Assembly: GCA_025350815.1 (NCBI GenBank)
Contig: JANXXE010000210.1
Coordinates: 8,455-72,454 of the forward strand
Length of the DNA stretch: 64,000 nucleotides
Direction: 5' to 3'
Source of the DNA: Myxococcales bacterium
GTDB taxonomy: Bacteria; Myxococcota_A; Polyangia; Fen-1088
Both the position numbers and the translations under genes were made by a program. Below, in pieces: positions 8,735 to 17,243 of the stretch (positions are counted from its first letter, which is position 1; each line of letters starts with the position of its first letter). The notes below the pieces were generated by a model, which was not told the DNA's origin, made no database searches, and saw nothing but the letters and a program-made list of their open reading frames with translations.

Positions 8735-8751
8735 AGGAAACGACCATCCGC

Positions 8752-9834
8752 CTACGGACCCAGGCGCGGATCACTCAAGAAGGCGTCGTCGGTCAACGCG
8801 CGCAGGAAGGCCAGCAAATCGGCCTTTTCCTGCGTCGTCAGGTGCCGCGGGACGATCAGCGGGTCGGCGCTTTCGTGGCCGCGGCCGCCGCGATCGTACT
8901 GTTCGATGACCGCCTCCAGCGTCGCGACCGAGCCATCGTGCATGTAGGGCGCGGTGGCGGTGACGTTGCGCAAGCCCGGCACGCGGAAGCGGCCCAGATC
9001 GGACGTGCGACCCGTGAGACGCTGGCGGCCGGGATCGCCGCCCTCGACGAAGCTGCCGTTGTTGAAGAACCCGTCGTTGGTCAGCGTCTGCGGCGGGTGG
9101 CAGTGAAAACACTCGCCGCGCTCGCCGAAAAATATTGCATGGCCGTGGGTCGCCTCCACGCCCAGGGCCCCAGCGTCGCCGCGCAGAAACTTGTCGTACT
9201 GACTGCCGCCGCTGACCAGGATGCGGACGAAGCTTGCCAGCGCCTTCGGCAACGACGCCACATCCGGGGGCCCGCCGTACGTCTGCGTGAAGGCTGCCAT
9301 GTACGCCGGATCGGCCGCAACGCGCGCCACGGCGTCGGACAGCTTCAGGTCCATCTCGATCGGATTCTCGATGGGCTTGCTGGCTTGTTCCTCCAGCGTC
9401 TTGGCGCGCCCGTCCCAGAACAGGCTGTTGGCCCACGCCAGGTTCGACAATCCCGGCGCGTTGCGGTCGCCCTTCTGGCCGTCGACGCCCGTGCTGACCG
9501 CGTCGACCTCGGCGAACCCGTGCTTCTGCTGGTGGCAGGTGGCGCAGGCGACCATGCCGGTGCGCGACAGCCGTTTGTCGTAAAACAGGCGACGCCCCAA
9601 CTGCGCGCGGGCCTCGGTCAGCGCATTGTCTGCGGGGGCCGTTTGCGCCACCGGCCCGGCAAAGAATCCGGGGGGCGCCAGTACGTCGCTGATGGGCGGC
9701 ACGGGCGTTGCGACAGGTGCGGGCAGCCCGCTGTCATCGCAGGCCGCGACGCTAAGTGCCGCCAGACCGCCCAGCAAGACCGCGCGAGCGCTGATGTCCG
9801 CGCGAGCGCTGAAGGACAGGGTCGCCATACGCAA
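8752..9834 (-). CDS. Di-heme cytochrome c peroxidase (CCP/MauG/MbnH family) lipoprotein
   Basis: Two CxxCH motifs (CATCH, CFHCH). Conserved CCP segments 'LFWDGR', 'PGLRNV..APYMHDG'. Signal peptide with Cys. Confidence 0.85.
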   Translation of the reverse strand: MRMATLSFSARADISARAVLLGGLAALSVAACDDSGLPAPVATPVPPISDVLAPPGFFAGPVAQTAPADNALTEARAQLGRRLFYDKRLSRTGMVACATCHQQKHGFAEVDAVSTGVDGQKGDRNAPGLSNLAWANSLFWDGRAKTLEEQASKPIENPIEMDLKLSDAVARVAADPAYMAAFTQTYGGPPDVASLPKALASFVRILVSGGSQYDKFLRGDAGALGVEATHGHAIFFGERGECFHCHPPQTLTNDGFFNNGSFVEGGDPGRQRLTGRTSDLGRFRVPGLRNVTATAPYMHDGSVATLEAVIEQYDRGGRGHESADPLIVPRHLTTQEKADLLAFLRALTDDAFLSDPRLGP

Positions 9835-9840
9835 GGGCCA

Positions 9841-10788
9841 CTACGGCAACGTGAACAGCTTCACCTTGGGCGCGTTCTGGCGCAGGGCCTCGCCGGTGTC
9901 GAAGCCTATACCCGGCGGTGGGGTCACAATGTTTGACGGCAAAGGCTCGACCGGCAGCCAGATCGCCTTGAACAGCTCGTCGAGGTAAAGGCGCAGCGGC
10001 CGGGTGAGGGGCGCCGACGTCACGGTCAGGCCGCCGGACGCGGAAACAACCGGCGCGAAAAGCGCACGCGGCAAACCGGCCATGTGAACAACCCTTACTG
10101 GATCTCCAGCCTTCTCGGCACGCCCGCCGGGCAAGGTCACCGTCGCTTCGTAGCGCAGGAACAAGTACCCGAACGGCGGTGGCCAGGTCATCCCCGATGC
10201 GTCGTCGAGGGGCGACATGCGCGACGTCCCGTTGTCGTTGCACACGTCAGGCAGCCCGAGTGTGAACGAAATCCCGGTGTATGAACCAGGCGGGACACGC
10301 AGGCGCACGACCATGCTTCCGGCGGTCCCAGCGTCGACCAATTGAACGCCGTAGGGCAGAACGTGACCGTCGGCCGCCACGAGATCGACCGGAATCTTCG
10401 TGCCACCTGCGCCCAGCAGCGATGGCGCGGAAATATAGAACCGCAGGTTCCCCGGCATGACGATCGCGCCGTCCTTCAGGGTGTTCTTCTCGCCAAAAAC
10501 AACGGCCTTTTGCTCGGCAAACAAGGCAATCGGCAACGTCAAAGCGGTGCCCCCTGGCGCCCACACGGGTTGCGCCTCGGAGCAGGTCGCCTCGGGCGGC
10601 GGCGCGTCGCTGCCGTCAGCAGCGGTGGCACTGGTACCAGCGCCAGCGTCAGCCCGCGCGGCCGCGGCCCCCGAGGCGTCCACCGTGCCCTTGGCCTGTG
10701 GCGTCGAATCCTGCCCGCCGCAAGCCGCCGGCAACGCAGCGGCCAGAACCAACAACAGGGCAGCCACCCAGCGTCGATTGTTGTTCAT
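9841..10788 (-). CDS. Periplasmic partner lipoprotein of the CCP-family enzyme (MbnP-like 'metallo-mystery pair' partner)
   Basis: Internal Met start 10788 gives signal peptide 'MNNNRRWVAALLLVLAAALPAACGG'. About 315 aa, encoded directly upstream of and co-oriented with the CCP gene (7-nt gap). The 5' extension of the track ORF is Arg-rich junk. Confidence 0.4.
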   Translation of the reverse strand: MNNNRRWVAALLLVLAAALPAACGGQDSTPQAKGTVDASGAAAARADAGAGTSATAADGSDAPPPEATCSEAQPVWAPGGTALTLPIALFAEQKAVVFGEKNTLKDGAIVMPGNLRFYISAPSLLGAGGTKIPVDLVAADGHVLPYGVQLVDAGTAGSMVVRLRVPPGSYTGISFTLGLPDVCNDNGTSRMSPLDDASGMTWPPPFGYLFLRYEATVTLPGGRAEKAGDPVRVVHMAGLPRALFAPVVSASGGLTVTSAPLTRPLRLYLDELFKAIWLPVEPLPSNIVTPPPGIGFDTGEALRQNAPKVKLFTLP

Positions 10789-10938
10789 GAAGTCTAGCCT
10801 GGCACAGCCACGCAAACCGATCACCCCCCATTCATGGGAAAGATCTTTACCCATCCAGCACGCGGTGGCCGCAGTCATCGCCAGCCGCCGTGGTCCCGTA
10901 GCCGACGGCGCTGACGGCGGTGTACCATTCGGGCCCTC

Positions 10939-12594
10939 GTGATACGAAACAGCGCTTCCGCAGTCTTGCTGGTCGCCCTCGCAGGCTGTGCCTGTGCCGG
11001 CAAGTCCCCGCCCACCTCGTTTGCAACGCCGCCGCCCCCTTCCCCCGGCGCCTGCCCCAGTCTGCAGCAGGGCTGGGATTGCGACCGACTGCGGCAGTTC
11101 TGGTTCACCGACCAGGGTTCGAAATTGATGCCGTACCAGTGGTTGCTGCACCTGGAACGGGCAGACGCGCGCAGGTCACTCAAAGATTCCCTGCCGCAAT
11201 ATGGCTTCATCCCCGACCCGAACGCTGACCACGACAAGCTGAACCCCGACCGCCTGCCCATCGGTTGGGCCAATCACAAGAACGACAAGAAGGACCGGAC
11301 CGACTGGGCGGGCCTGACCTGCGCGGCCTGCCACACCACGCGCATCGACTACCAGGACCAACAATATTTCGTCGAGGGCGCGCCCAACTTGCTCGACTTC
11401 GACACGTTCTACGCCGACGTGGTGGCGGCGCTGCGCGCGACGCTGGACGACGTCGACGGGCGATTCGTTGCGTTCCAGCACGCGCTTGAGACGGCAGGCG
11501 CCCCAACGACCGACCTGCGCGGCAAGCTGAAGACGCTGACGGAATATCTGGAACACCGCGCGCGCATCAACGCGACGCCATTGCACGGGGGCCCCGGGCG
11601 CGTCGACGCCTTCGGCCAGATCTTCAACCAGATGCTGGTGATTTTCATGGGCAACCCCGACAGCACAGCCGTGCCGGCCAGCGCCCCGGTGTCATTCCCG
11701 TTCTTGTGGGACATCGCCCAGCACGAGGCGGTGCAGTGGAATGGCTCGGCGCCGAACCTGGGCGTCGAGGGCCCGGGATCTGTGTTGCGCAACATCGGCG
11801 AGGTGCTGGGCGTGTTCGGCGAGATCTATGATCTGGGCACGCCGGATTATTACGAAACCAGCGCCGTCGTCCCGAATCTGCGCGCAATTGAATCGTGGAT
11901 CACCGTGTTGCGCGCGCCCCGATACCCCTTCCCCATCGACGCGGCCGCAGCCGCGCGCGGCAAGGCGGTTTACGCCGAGGCCGCATGCAGCAAATGCCAC
12001 GCCGTGATCGATCAGCCGCGTTACCCGCTGCCGGTGGCGATGACGCCCGTGGATGAAGTGCAAACCGACAGCCGAATGCTGGACCAGTTCAACCTGCGGC
12101 GCGGGAACACACGCATGCTGCGCGGCCGCGCCGTCGGCATCGCGCGCAATCCCTTCCAGCGTTTCAAGGAGATCGACGCCGCCAAGGACGTCGCCGGCCA
12201 CCTGTCCGCCGGCGGCTTCGCCTTCGTCGAGCGCCCAGGCGCAATGGACAAACTATCCGGCTACCTGAAACTGCTGCGCACAGACGCGCCGGATTTCGTG
12301 TCGTACAAGGCGCGACCGCTCGACGGCATATGGGCGACGGCGCCCTTCCTGCACAACGGCTCTGTCCCCAGCTTGCAACAGCTTCTCGAAGCGCCCGAGG
12401 CGCGGGCGACTTCCTTTTGCGTCGGCGATCGGCAGTTCGATCCCGTCAACGTCGGCTACCGGACCACCTGCGGCGAAGGCACCTCGCAGTTCGACGCGAC
12501 CAAATACGGCAACGGCAACATCGGCCACGCCTACGGCACCACCCTGCCCGTGCAGAAGAAGAAAGATCTGCTCGAATACCTGAAGACGTTGTGA
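10939..12594 (+). CDS. Di-heme c-type cytochrome lipoprotein (possible di-haem oxidoreductase/DHOR-like)
   Basis: Signal peptide plus lipobox (LAGCAC). Two CxxCH motifs (CAACH, CSKCH) about 215 aa apart. GTG start. Divergent from the MbnPH-like pair. Confidence 0.55.
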   Translation: MIRNSASAVLLVALAGCACAGKSPPTSFATPPPPSPGACPSLQQGWDCDRLRQFWFTDQGSKLMPYQWLLHLERADARRSLKDSLPQYGFIPDPNADHDKLNPDRLPIGWANHKNDKKDRTDWAGLTCAACHTTRIDYQDQQYFVEGAPNLLDFDTFYADVVAALRATLDDVDGRFVAFQHALETAGAPTTDLRGKLKTLTEYLEHRARINATPLHGGPGRVDAFGQIFNQMLVIFMGNPDSTAVPASAPVSFPFLWDIAQHEAVQWNGSAPNLGVEGPGSVLRNIGEVLGVFGEIYDLGTPDYYETSAVVPNLRAIESWITVLRAPRYPFPIDAAAAARGKAVYAEAACSKCHAVIDQPRYPLPVAMTPVDEVQTDSRMLDQFNLRRGNTRMLRGRAVGIARNPFQRFKEIDAAKDVAGHLSAGGFAFVERPGAMDKLSGYLKLLRTDAPDFVSYKARPLDGIWATAPFLHNGSVPSLQQLLEAPEARATSFCVGDRQFDPVNVGYRTTCGEGTSQFDATKYGNGNIGHAYGTTLPVQKKKDLLEYLKTL

Positions 12595-12637
12595 AGCGTG
12601 ATCAGCGCGCCTGCCTCGGAGACGCCCAGCCGCCCCC

Positions 12638-12831
12638 CATGCACCCACCCGCCGCCCCAACCCGCGGCCGGCGAGGGCGAGGGCTGGATGCAGTGATGTG
12701 GTGAAAGACTGCGCGAACGCGGACTGTTTCCGGTCGTCGTGGCCCACCGCCGCCCGGAGCCCAGCGATCGACCTCGCCGATTGGCTCCATCACACCCCCT
12801 TCACAGCCATGGCGGACCATCGCGGCCTCCG
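12638..12831. repeat. Direct repeat copy A (contains a roughly 60-bp insertion relative to copy B)
   Basis: Shares a perfect about 72-bp core gccgccccaacccgcggccggcgagggcgagggctggatgcagtgatgtggtgaaagactgcgcgaacgcgg with 14312-14455, plus flanking near-identity. Confidence 0.85.
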
Positions 12832-13003
12832 CCGCCACGGTCACCCGCCTCCTGAGCACGCTCTTCCGTAGAGAAAAACCCATTCGAATCGCTTACGCAC
12901 CCGACGGGTAAGCGCTAAAAAATGGCGTTGAATCGGTTAGGCTTTATGCTCAGTGTTTGCTGGACCACTGGTCCACAATCCCCCCCGCCCCAATAGGAGA
13001 TCA

Positions 13004-13600
13004 ATGCGCCTCATCCCTTGTCTATCCCCAGTTCTTTTTCTCTTGCTTCTCGCGGCAGATCCTGCGCGCGCTAACGAGGGCCCCGCCGCTACGTCCGAAT
13101 TTGGTCAGCAGGGCCAGTTCCTAGTCGATGCGTCGCTGACCGGGGAGATAGCCCATCAGACCCAAAGTTTGAATGGGCAAAGCCGCTCGCAAACGGCTGT
13201 GGCTTTGAGTCCAAGCCTTCTCTACTTCGTCGCCCCAAACCTTGCTATCGGTGGTGGGCTTCTGTTCAGTTCAGTCTCCCAAGAGGGAACGGACAGCGTC
13301 ACGACCTTCGGGTTTGGCCCGGCCGTTCGGTACAATATTTCGCTTGGTGGCCGCTTGTCGCTTCTTCCTGGCGCCTCGCTTCCATACGAAAACGTATCCT
13401 CGGGCCCCGTGACCGCAACCCTTGTCCAAGCGAACATTTCGGTACCGCTCATGATACAGGCCGCCCCCCACTTCATGTTCGGCGTGGGACCGTTCCTGTC
13501 CCGCACGCTCTCAAACAGCGCGAAGTCTAACGGAAACAGCGCCGATGGACCAACTGTCACCACAGTTGGAATCGCTTTCAGCATTGCTGGCTGGATCTAA
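13004..13600 (+). CDS. Outer-membrane beta-barrel protein (OmpW/OmpA-barrel-like), lower GC
   Basis: ATG at 13004 preceded by AGGAG. Signal peptide ending ARA. Alternating amphipathic beta-strands with Gly/Ser-rich turns; aromatic C-terminus. Confidence 0.55.
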   Translation: MRLIPCLSPVLFLLLLAADPARANEGPAATSEFGQQGQFLVDASLTGEIAHQTQSLNGQSRSQTAVALSPSLLYFVAPNLAIGGGLLFSSVSQEGTDSVTTFGFGPAVRYNISLGGRLSLLPGASLPYENVSSGPVTATLVQANISVPLMIQAAPHFMFGVGPFLSRTLSNSAKSNGNSADGPTVTTVGIAFSIAGWI

Positions 13601-13745
13601 CGGACCGTTCACCCAGCAGGCGTCAGTTCCACACCTGCCGATCTTGGTTGTGACTTCTTCGTCCTGGTGATGTCCGCGCCGGGTACAATTAATGGATTAA
13701 ACCAACTGAGCGTTGGAAACCATAGTGGGAGGGCGACCAGTTCAC

Positions 13746-14258
13746 ATGCGCACAATTGTATGTAGTATCGTGATGTTGTTGACCGCAACGAGCGCAGCCG
13801 GACAGAAGATGAGGCAGCATGAATTTCGGTTGGAAATAAGTCTGCAGGCGTCGTCAACTCAGGGGTCTCGCCTGCGAGTGATGGTCGTGAACACGTCTGA
13901 CGGATCGGCCTGGGTGAACAAACGCTTCATGTGGAATGCAGGTCATGCGCCCAGTTATGCGCGCGATATCCAATTGGAGATTCGCAGTCAGGATGACCGG
14001 CTCCTTACCTACGACTGTAAGGCTAACGCGGGGCCCGCCGGCCCTTTTGACTACGTATTTCTGATGCCTGGTGAATTCATTGGGAGCGACCTGGATCTTA
14101 CGTGCGCAGGATTGAAAGAGGGAGAGCGCTACAAGGTGGCAGCTCGGTTCCGGGATATGAACGACTCAGTACAGCTGCAACCGGTAGCCCCCCGCCTCGA
14201 CTGGGAACTTGTCTCGGAGCCGATCGAGATGACTTTCACGAGTCCGCCGCGGAAATGA
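13746..14258 (+). CDS. Hypothetical secreted protein, lower GC
   Basis: Start at internal Met giving signal peptide 'MRTIVCSIVMLLTATSAAG'. No family recognised. Confidence 0.4.
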   Translation: MRTIVCSIVMLLTATSAAGQKMRQHEFRLEISLQASSTQGSRLRVMVVNTSDGSAWVNKRFMWNAGHAPSYARDIQLEIRSQDDRLLTYDCKANAGPAGPFDYVFLMPGEFIGSDLDLTCAGLKEGERYKVAARFRDMNDSVQLQPVAPRLDWELVSEPIEMTFTSPPRK

Positions 14259-14311
14259 TTTTACCGTCTCCGAGTAGCAAGTCTGTCGGTGGCAGAATCT
14301 GACGTGATGCT

Positions 14312-14455
14312 CATGCACCCACCCCGCGCGCCGCCCCAACCCGCGGCCGGCGAGGGCGAGGGCTGGATGCAGTGATGTGGTGAAAGACTGCGCGAACGCG
14401 GGGTGCCCCCGGTCGTCGTGGCCCATCACCGCCAGGCGGACCATCGCGGCCTCCG
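14312..14455. repeat. Direct repeat copy B
   Basis: See copy A. Lies immediately upstream of the 14553 gene. Confidence 0.85.
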
Positions 14456-14552
14456 GGTGGCGGCGCCGGTGCGGCGGCGGCCCGGCCCGGCCCCTGAGCT
14501 TGCACGTCCGTGCCGTTGTGGCCCTGGCACGACAGGTGTTAGAAGCCAGGGG

Positions 14553-14855
14553 ATGCGGATGACACGACTTGGGTTCGCCGTGGTGGCCATCTTGCTGGCC
14601 GGTGCCTCGCAAGGGTCTGTTCAGGCGGCGGCCAAGGCCAAGCCGGCGAAGGCGGCGGGGAAGGTCCCGTTGGCGTCGGCCGACGAGATCAACAAGCTGA
14701 AGGGCGACTTCAAGTGGGGGATGTCAGTCGACGAGGTCTCGGCCAAGGTGGTCGAACACATCGAGGCCGGCTACGCGGACCGACTGCAGAAGGCCGCGAT
14801 TCTTCGCCGGCCCTCAACTTTCCGTGCGACGGTCGCCCGCGGGCACCGTCTATGA
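14553..14855 (+). CDS. Small secreted protein (about 100 aa)
   Basis: Signal peptide 'MRMTRLGFAVVAILLAGASQGSVQA'. Stop overlaps the next gene's ATG (ATGA). Confidence 0.45.
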   Translation: MRMTRLGFAVVAILLAGASQGSVQAAAKAKPAKAAGKVPLASADEINKLKGDFKWGMSVDEVSAKVVEHIEAGYADRLQKAAILRRPSTFRATVARGHRL

Positions 14856-16738
14856 CAACGATGGCGAAAAGATTGATCGTTGTGGGCGTGATTCTGTCGT
14901 TGGCCTGCACTTCCTCTCCGGCAACTACGAAAGATGCGGGAGAGCCGGACGGGCCGGTGGCAGGTTCCGGCGACGCCGCGACCGTCGGCCAGCCAAGCGA
15001 CAGCTCAAACGCGAATTCAGACGGGCCGGCGAGCGATGATGCTCCGCTGGCCACCGACGGGGTGGCGGCCGACGGGCCCGTGGGCGGCACGGACGTTCCT
15101 TCCGGAGATGTGGCCGGCTCGGTCGCCGATACCGGAGCTGACACCGCGCCGGACGCGGCGGGCGACGCGCACGACGCCTCGCTCGTGGATGTAGCCGTCG
15201 TGGCCAAGCTGCCCGACGGGCAGGTCTGCCAGAATCCTGGGCAATGCCTGTCCGGACAGTGCACGGCCGGCCTTTGCGGGTGCAAGGTGACGACCTGCGC
15301 CGCCCAGGGGAAGAACTGCGGATCCATAGGCGACGGGTGTGGCGGTACGCTCACTTGCGGCTCCTGCGGCAGCCCCGCCACCTGCGGAGGCAACGACGTG
15401 GCCAACGTTTGCGGGTGCAAGCCGACGACCTGTGCCGCCCAGGGGAAGAACTGCGGATCGATAGGCGACGGGTGTGGCGGTACGCTCACTTGCGGCTCCT
15501 GCGGCAACAAGCTGACCATCATCAAGACGGGGATGGGCAGCGGTCGGGTGACGTCGACCCCCGCTGGCATCGACTGCGGCCCGACCTGTTCAAATTTCCT
15601 CGACGGCACGAACGTCACGTTGCGCGCAGTGGCCATCAACGGGTCGGGATCGCGGTTCGCCGGGTGGGAAGGGGCTTGCACGGGAACCGTTCGCGACTGC
15701 TCATTGGTGCTGACGGGTGACATCACCGTGACCGCGCGTTTCGAACCGGTGGCCTACAACCTGGCGTTCGTGTCATCCAAGGAATTTCGGCCCGATCTCG
15801 GCGGGGTCGCCAAGTACGACAACGAATGCAATGTCATGGCGACGGACGCCGGAATCAACAACGCCACGGGCGATGCGTTTGTCGCCTGGATCTCCGACTC
15901 GACGTCTTCCGCACTCACGCGGCTAGGGGCCGCCCGTGGCTTCGTGGACATCGCCGGGCAGCCAATCATGGACGTACCCAGCACGACGGTGGCCAAATAC
16001 AGCCTCTACCACCCGTTCACGTTCGACGAGACCGGGCGGTCGGTTCGGAACCGGAGCAGCCACATGGTGCTAACCGGAATGAACTATCGGGGCGAGCCGG
16101 ACCTCGACCAAAACTGCCTGAATTGGACCACCGCGGGAACCAACGGGCGTGGAGTGGCTGGTCTCATCGCCAATGGCCCGCAGACCTGGTTCTACTACGA
16201 GATCGGAACCTGCGACTACATGCACGGGGCGCTCATCTGCATGATGAAAACCCAGACGACGCCGCTGACGTTGTCGCCGGTCACGGGGAAGAAGATATTC
16301 ATCACCAACGAGCCTGTGGGGGCCGATGAAGCCATGGACTCTATCTGTGAGGTCGACAAGCCCGCCGGGACGGGCGCGGTCGTCGCCCTGCGCGCAACAA
16401 CGACAAAGGCACCGGCAACGCTGATTGATCCTGCTGCCACATACGTCCGCCCGGACGGGGTGGTCGTGGGCTCTGGCGCTGACATCATCGCCGCCAACCT
16501 CCAGACGGGCATCTGGCAGCAAGGCAATGGCAAGTATGTGGACAGCCGGGGCCTCTGGACCGGAAGCATCAATCTCTCGACGGTGGGCACCGCCGTAACG
16601 ACGTGTTCGGACTGGACCAGCACCACAGGCACGGCCACCGAAGGGTCCACGACCCGATCCGACTACAGTTGGTGGCACGATTTCAATACGATTGACTGTT
16701 CCCGGTCTTTCACTTGGGCGATCTGCGTGGAGAAGTAG
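14852..16738 (+). CDS. Cys-rich-repeat lipoprotein (myxobacterial-type Cys-rich repeats) with a large C-terminal domain of unknown function (DUF1554-like)
   Basis: Signal peptide plus lipobox (SLAC). Two tandem 45-aa repeats 'CGCK(V/P)TTCAAQGKNCGSIGDGCGGTLTCGSCG'. Real start at internal ATG 14852; the track's 5' extension is Arg/Gly junk. Confidence 0.6.
   Translation: MTTMAKRLIVVGVILSLACTSSPATTKDAGEPDGPVAGSGDAATVGQPSDSSNANSDGPASDDAPLATDGVAADGPVGGTDVPSGDVAGSVADTGADTAPDAAGDAHDASLVDVAVVAKLPDGQVCQNPGQCLSGQCTAGLCGCKVTTCAAQGKNCGSIGDGCGGTLTCGSCGSPATCGGNDVANVCGCKPTTCAAQGKNCGSIGDGCGGTLTCGSCGNKLTIIKTGMGSGRVTSTPAGIDCGPTCSNFLDGTNVTLRAVAINGSGSRFAGWEGACTGTVRDCSLVLTGDITVTARFEPVAYNLAFVSSKEFRPDLGGVAKYDNECNVMATDAGINNATGDAFVAWISDSTSSALTRLGAARGFVDIAGQPIMDVPSTTVAKYSLYHPFTFDETGRSVRNRSSHMVLTGMNYRGEPDLDQNCLNWTTAGTNGRGVAGLIANGPQTWFYYEIGTCDYMHGALICMMKTQTTPLTLSPVTGKKIFITNEPVGADEAMDSICEVDKPAGTGAVVALRATTTKAPATLIDPAATYVRPDGVVVGSGADIIAANLQTGIWQQGNGKYVDSRGLWTGSINLSTVGTAVTTCSDWTSTTGTATEGSTTRSDYSWWHDFNTIDCSRSFTWAICVEK
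15275..15505. repeat. 135-bp-period tandem DNA repeat inside the Cys-rich lipoprotein gene (second copy partial)
   Basis: Near-identical about 75-bp core repeated at about 15300 and about 15435 (gccgcccaggggaagaactgcggatc[c/g]ataggcgacgggtgtggcggtacgctcacttgcggctcctgcggc). Confidence 0.8.
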
Positions 16739-16878
16739 CGGCAAAGAGGCGTTCGAGATCGGTGTTTGCGGTACTGACGTCCTTGCGAAGCGGCTGCACG
16801 ACCCATTCGGCTGTCACCAGACTGTAGCGCCGCGAATGTCGCAAAATGTTATGGTCCGCCTTCTTCCGGAGGGACGAC

Positions 16879-17199
16879 ATGGCCGAATATCTGCTGATTG
16901 AATCGCGAGATCCGTTCGAATCGAACGACGTTGCCTACTACTACGACCTGGCGCGCGGCCTGCTGGACGCGAAGAATCAGGTCACGGTGTTGCTGGTTCA
17001 AAATGCGGTATTGGCGGCGCGGAAGTCGGCGCAGGCCCCGGGTTTGCGGGCGCTGGCCAAGGCGGGCGTGAAAATTCTGGCGGATGACTTTGCGTTGCGG
17101 GAACGCGGCATCACGCAATTGATGGAAGGCGTCGTCAGCACGCCCATAGACATCGTCGCCGATCACATGGAAGCGGGTCACAAGACCCTGTGGCACTGA
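16879..17199 (+). CDS. DsrE/DsrF/DsrH-family small protein (TusB/DsrH-like, no active-site Cys)
   Basis: About 106 aa. 'LLIESRDPFESNDVAYYYDLARGL...VTVLLVQNAVLAARK...ILADDFALRERGI' fits the DsrE/F/H fold pattern. Confidence 0.5.
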   Translation: MAEYLLIESRDPFESNDVAYYYDLARGLLDAKNQVTVLLVQNAVLAARKSAQAPGLRALAKAGVKILADDFALRERGITQLMEGVVSTPIDIVADHMEAGHKTLWH

Positions 17200-17243
17200 G
17201 GCGCCTCGTCGGGGGCACCTGACCGCCCCAAGCCGCCGCAACG

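Noticed and set aside
12253-12747. Minus-strand ORFs (12253-12747, 12602-12883, 14166-14612, 14311-14505) sharing the peptide MGHDDR..AFAQSFTTSLHPALALAGRGLGRR
   Set aside because: The shared peptide is simply the translation of the direct repeat. The ORFs run antisense into the cytochrome gene, or lack starts and SDs. Treated as repeat DNA, not genes.
14710-15726. 338-aa minus-strand ORF antisense to the Cys-rich lipoprotein gene
   Set aside because: Pro/Ser/Ala-rich junk with repeated segments that merely mirror the sense-strand tandem repeat.
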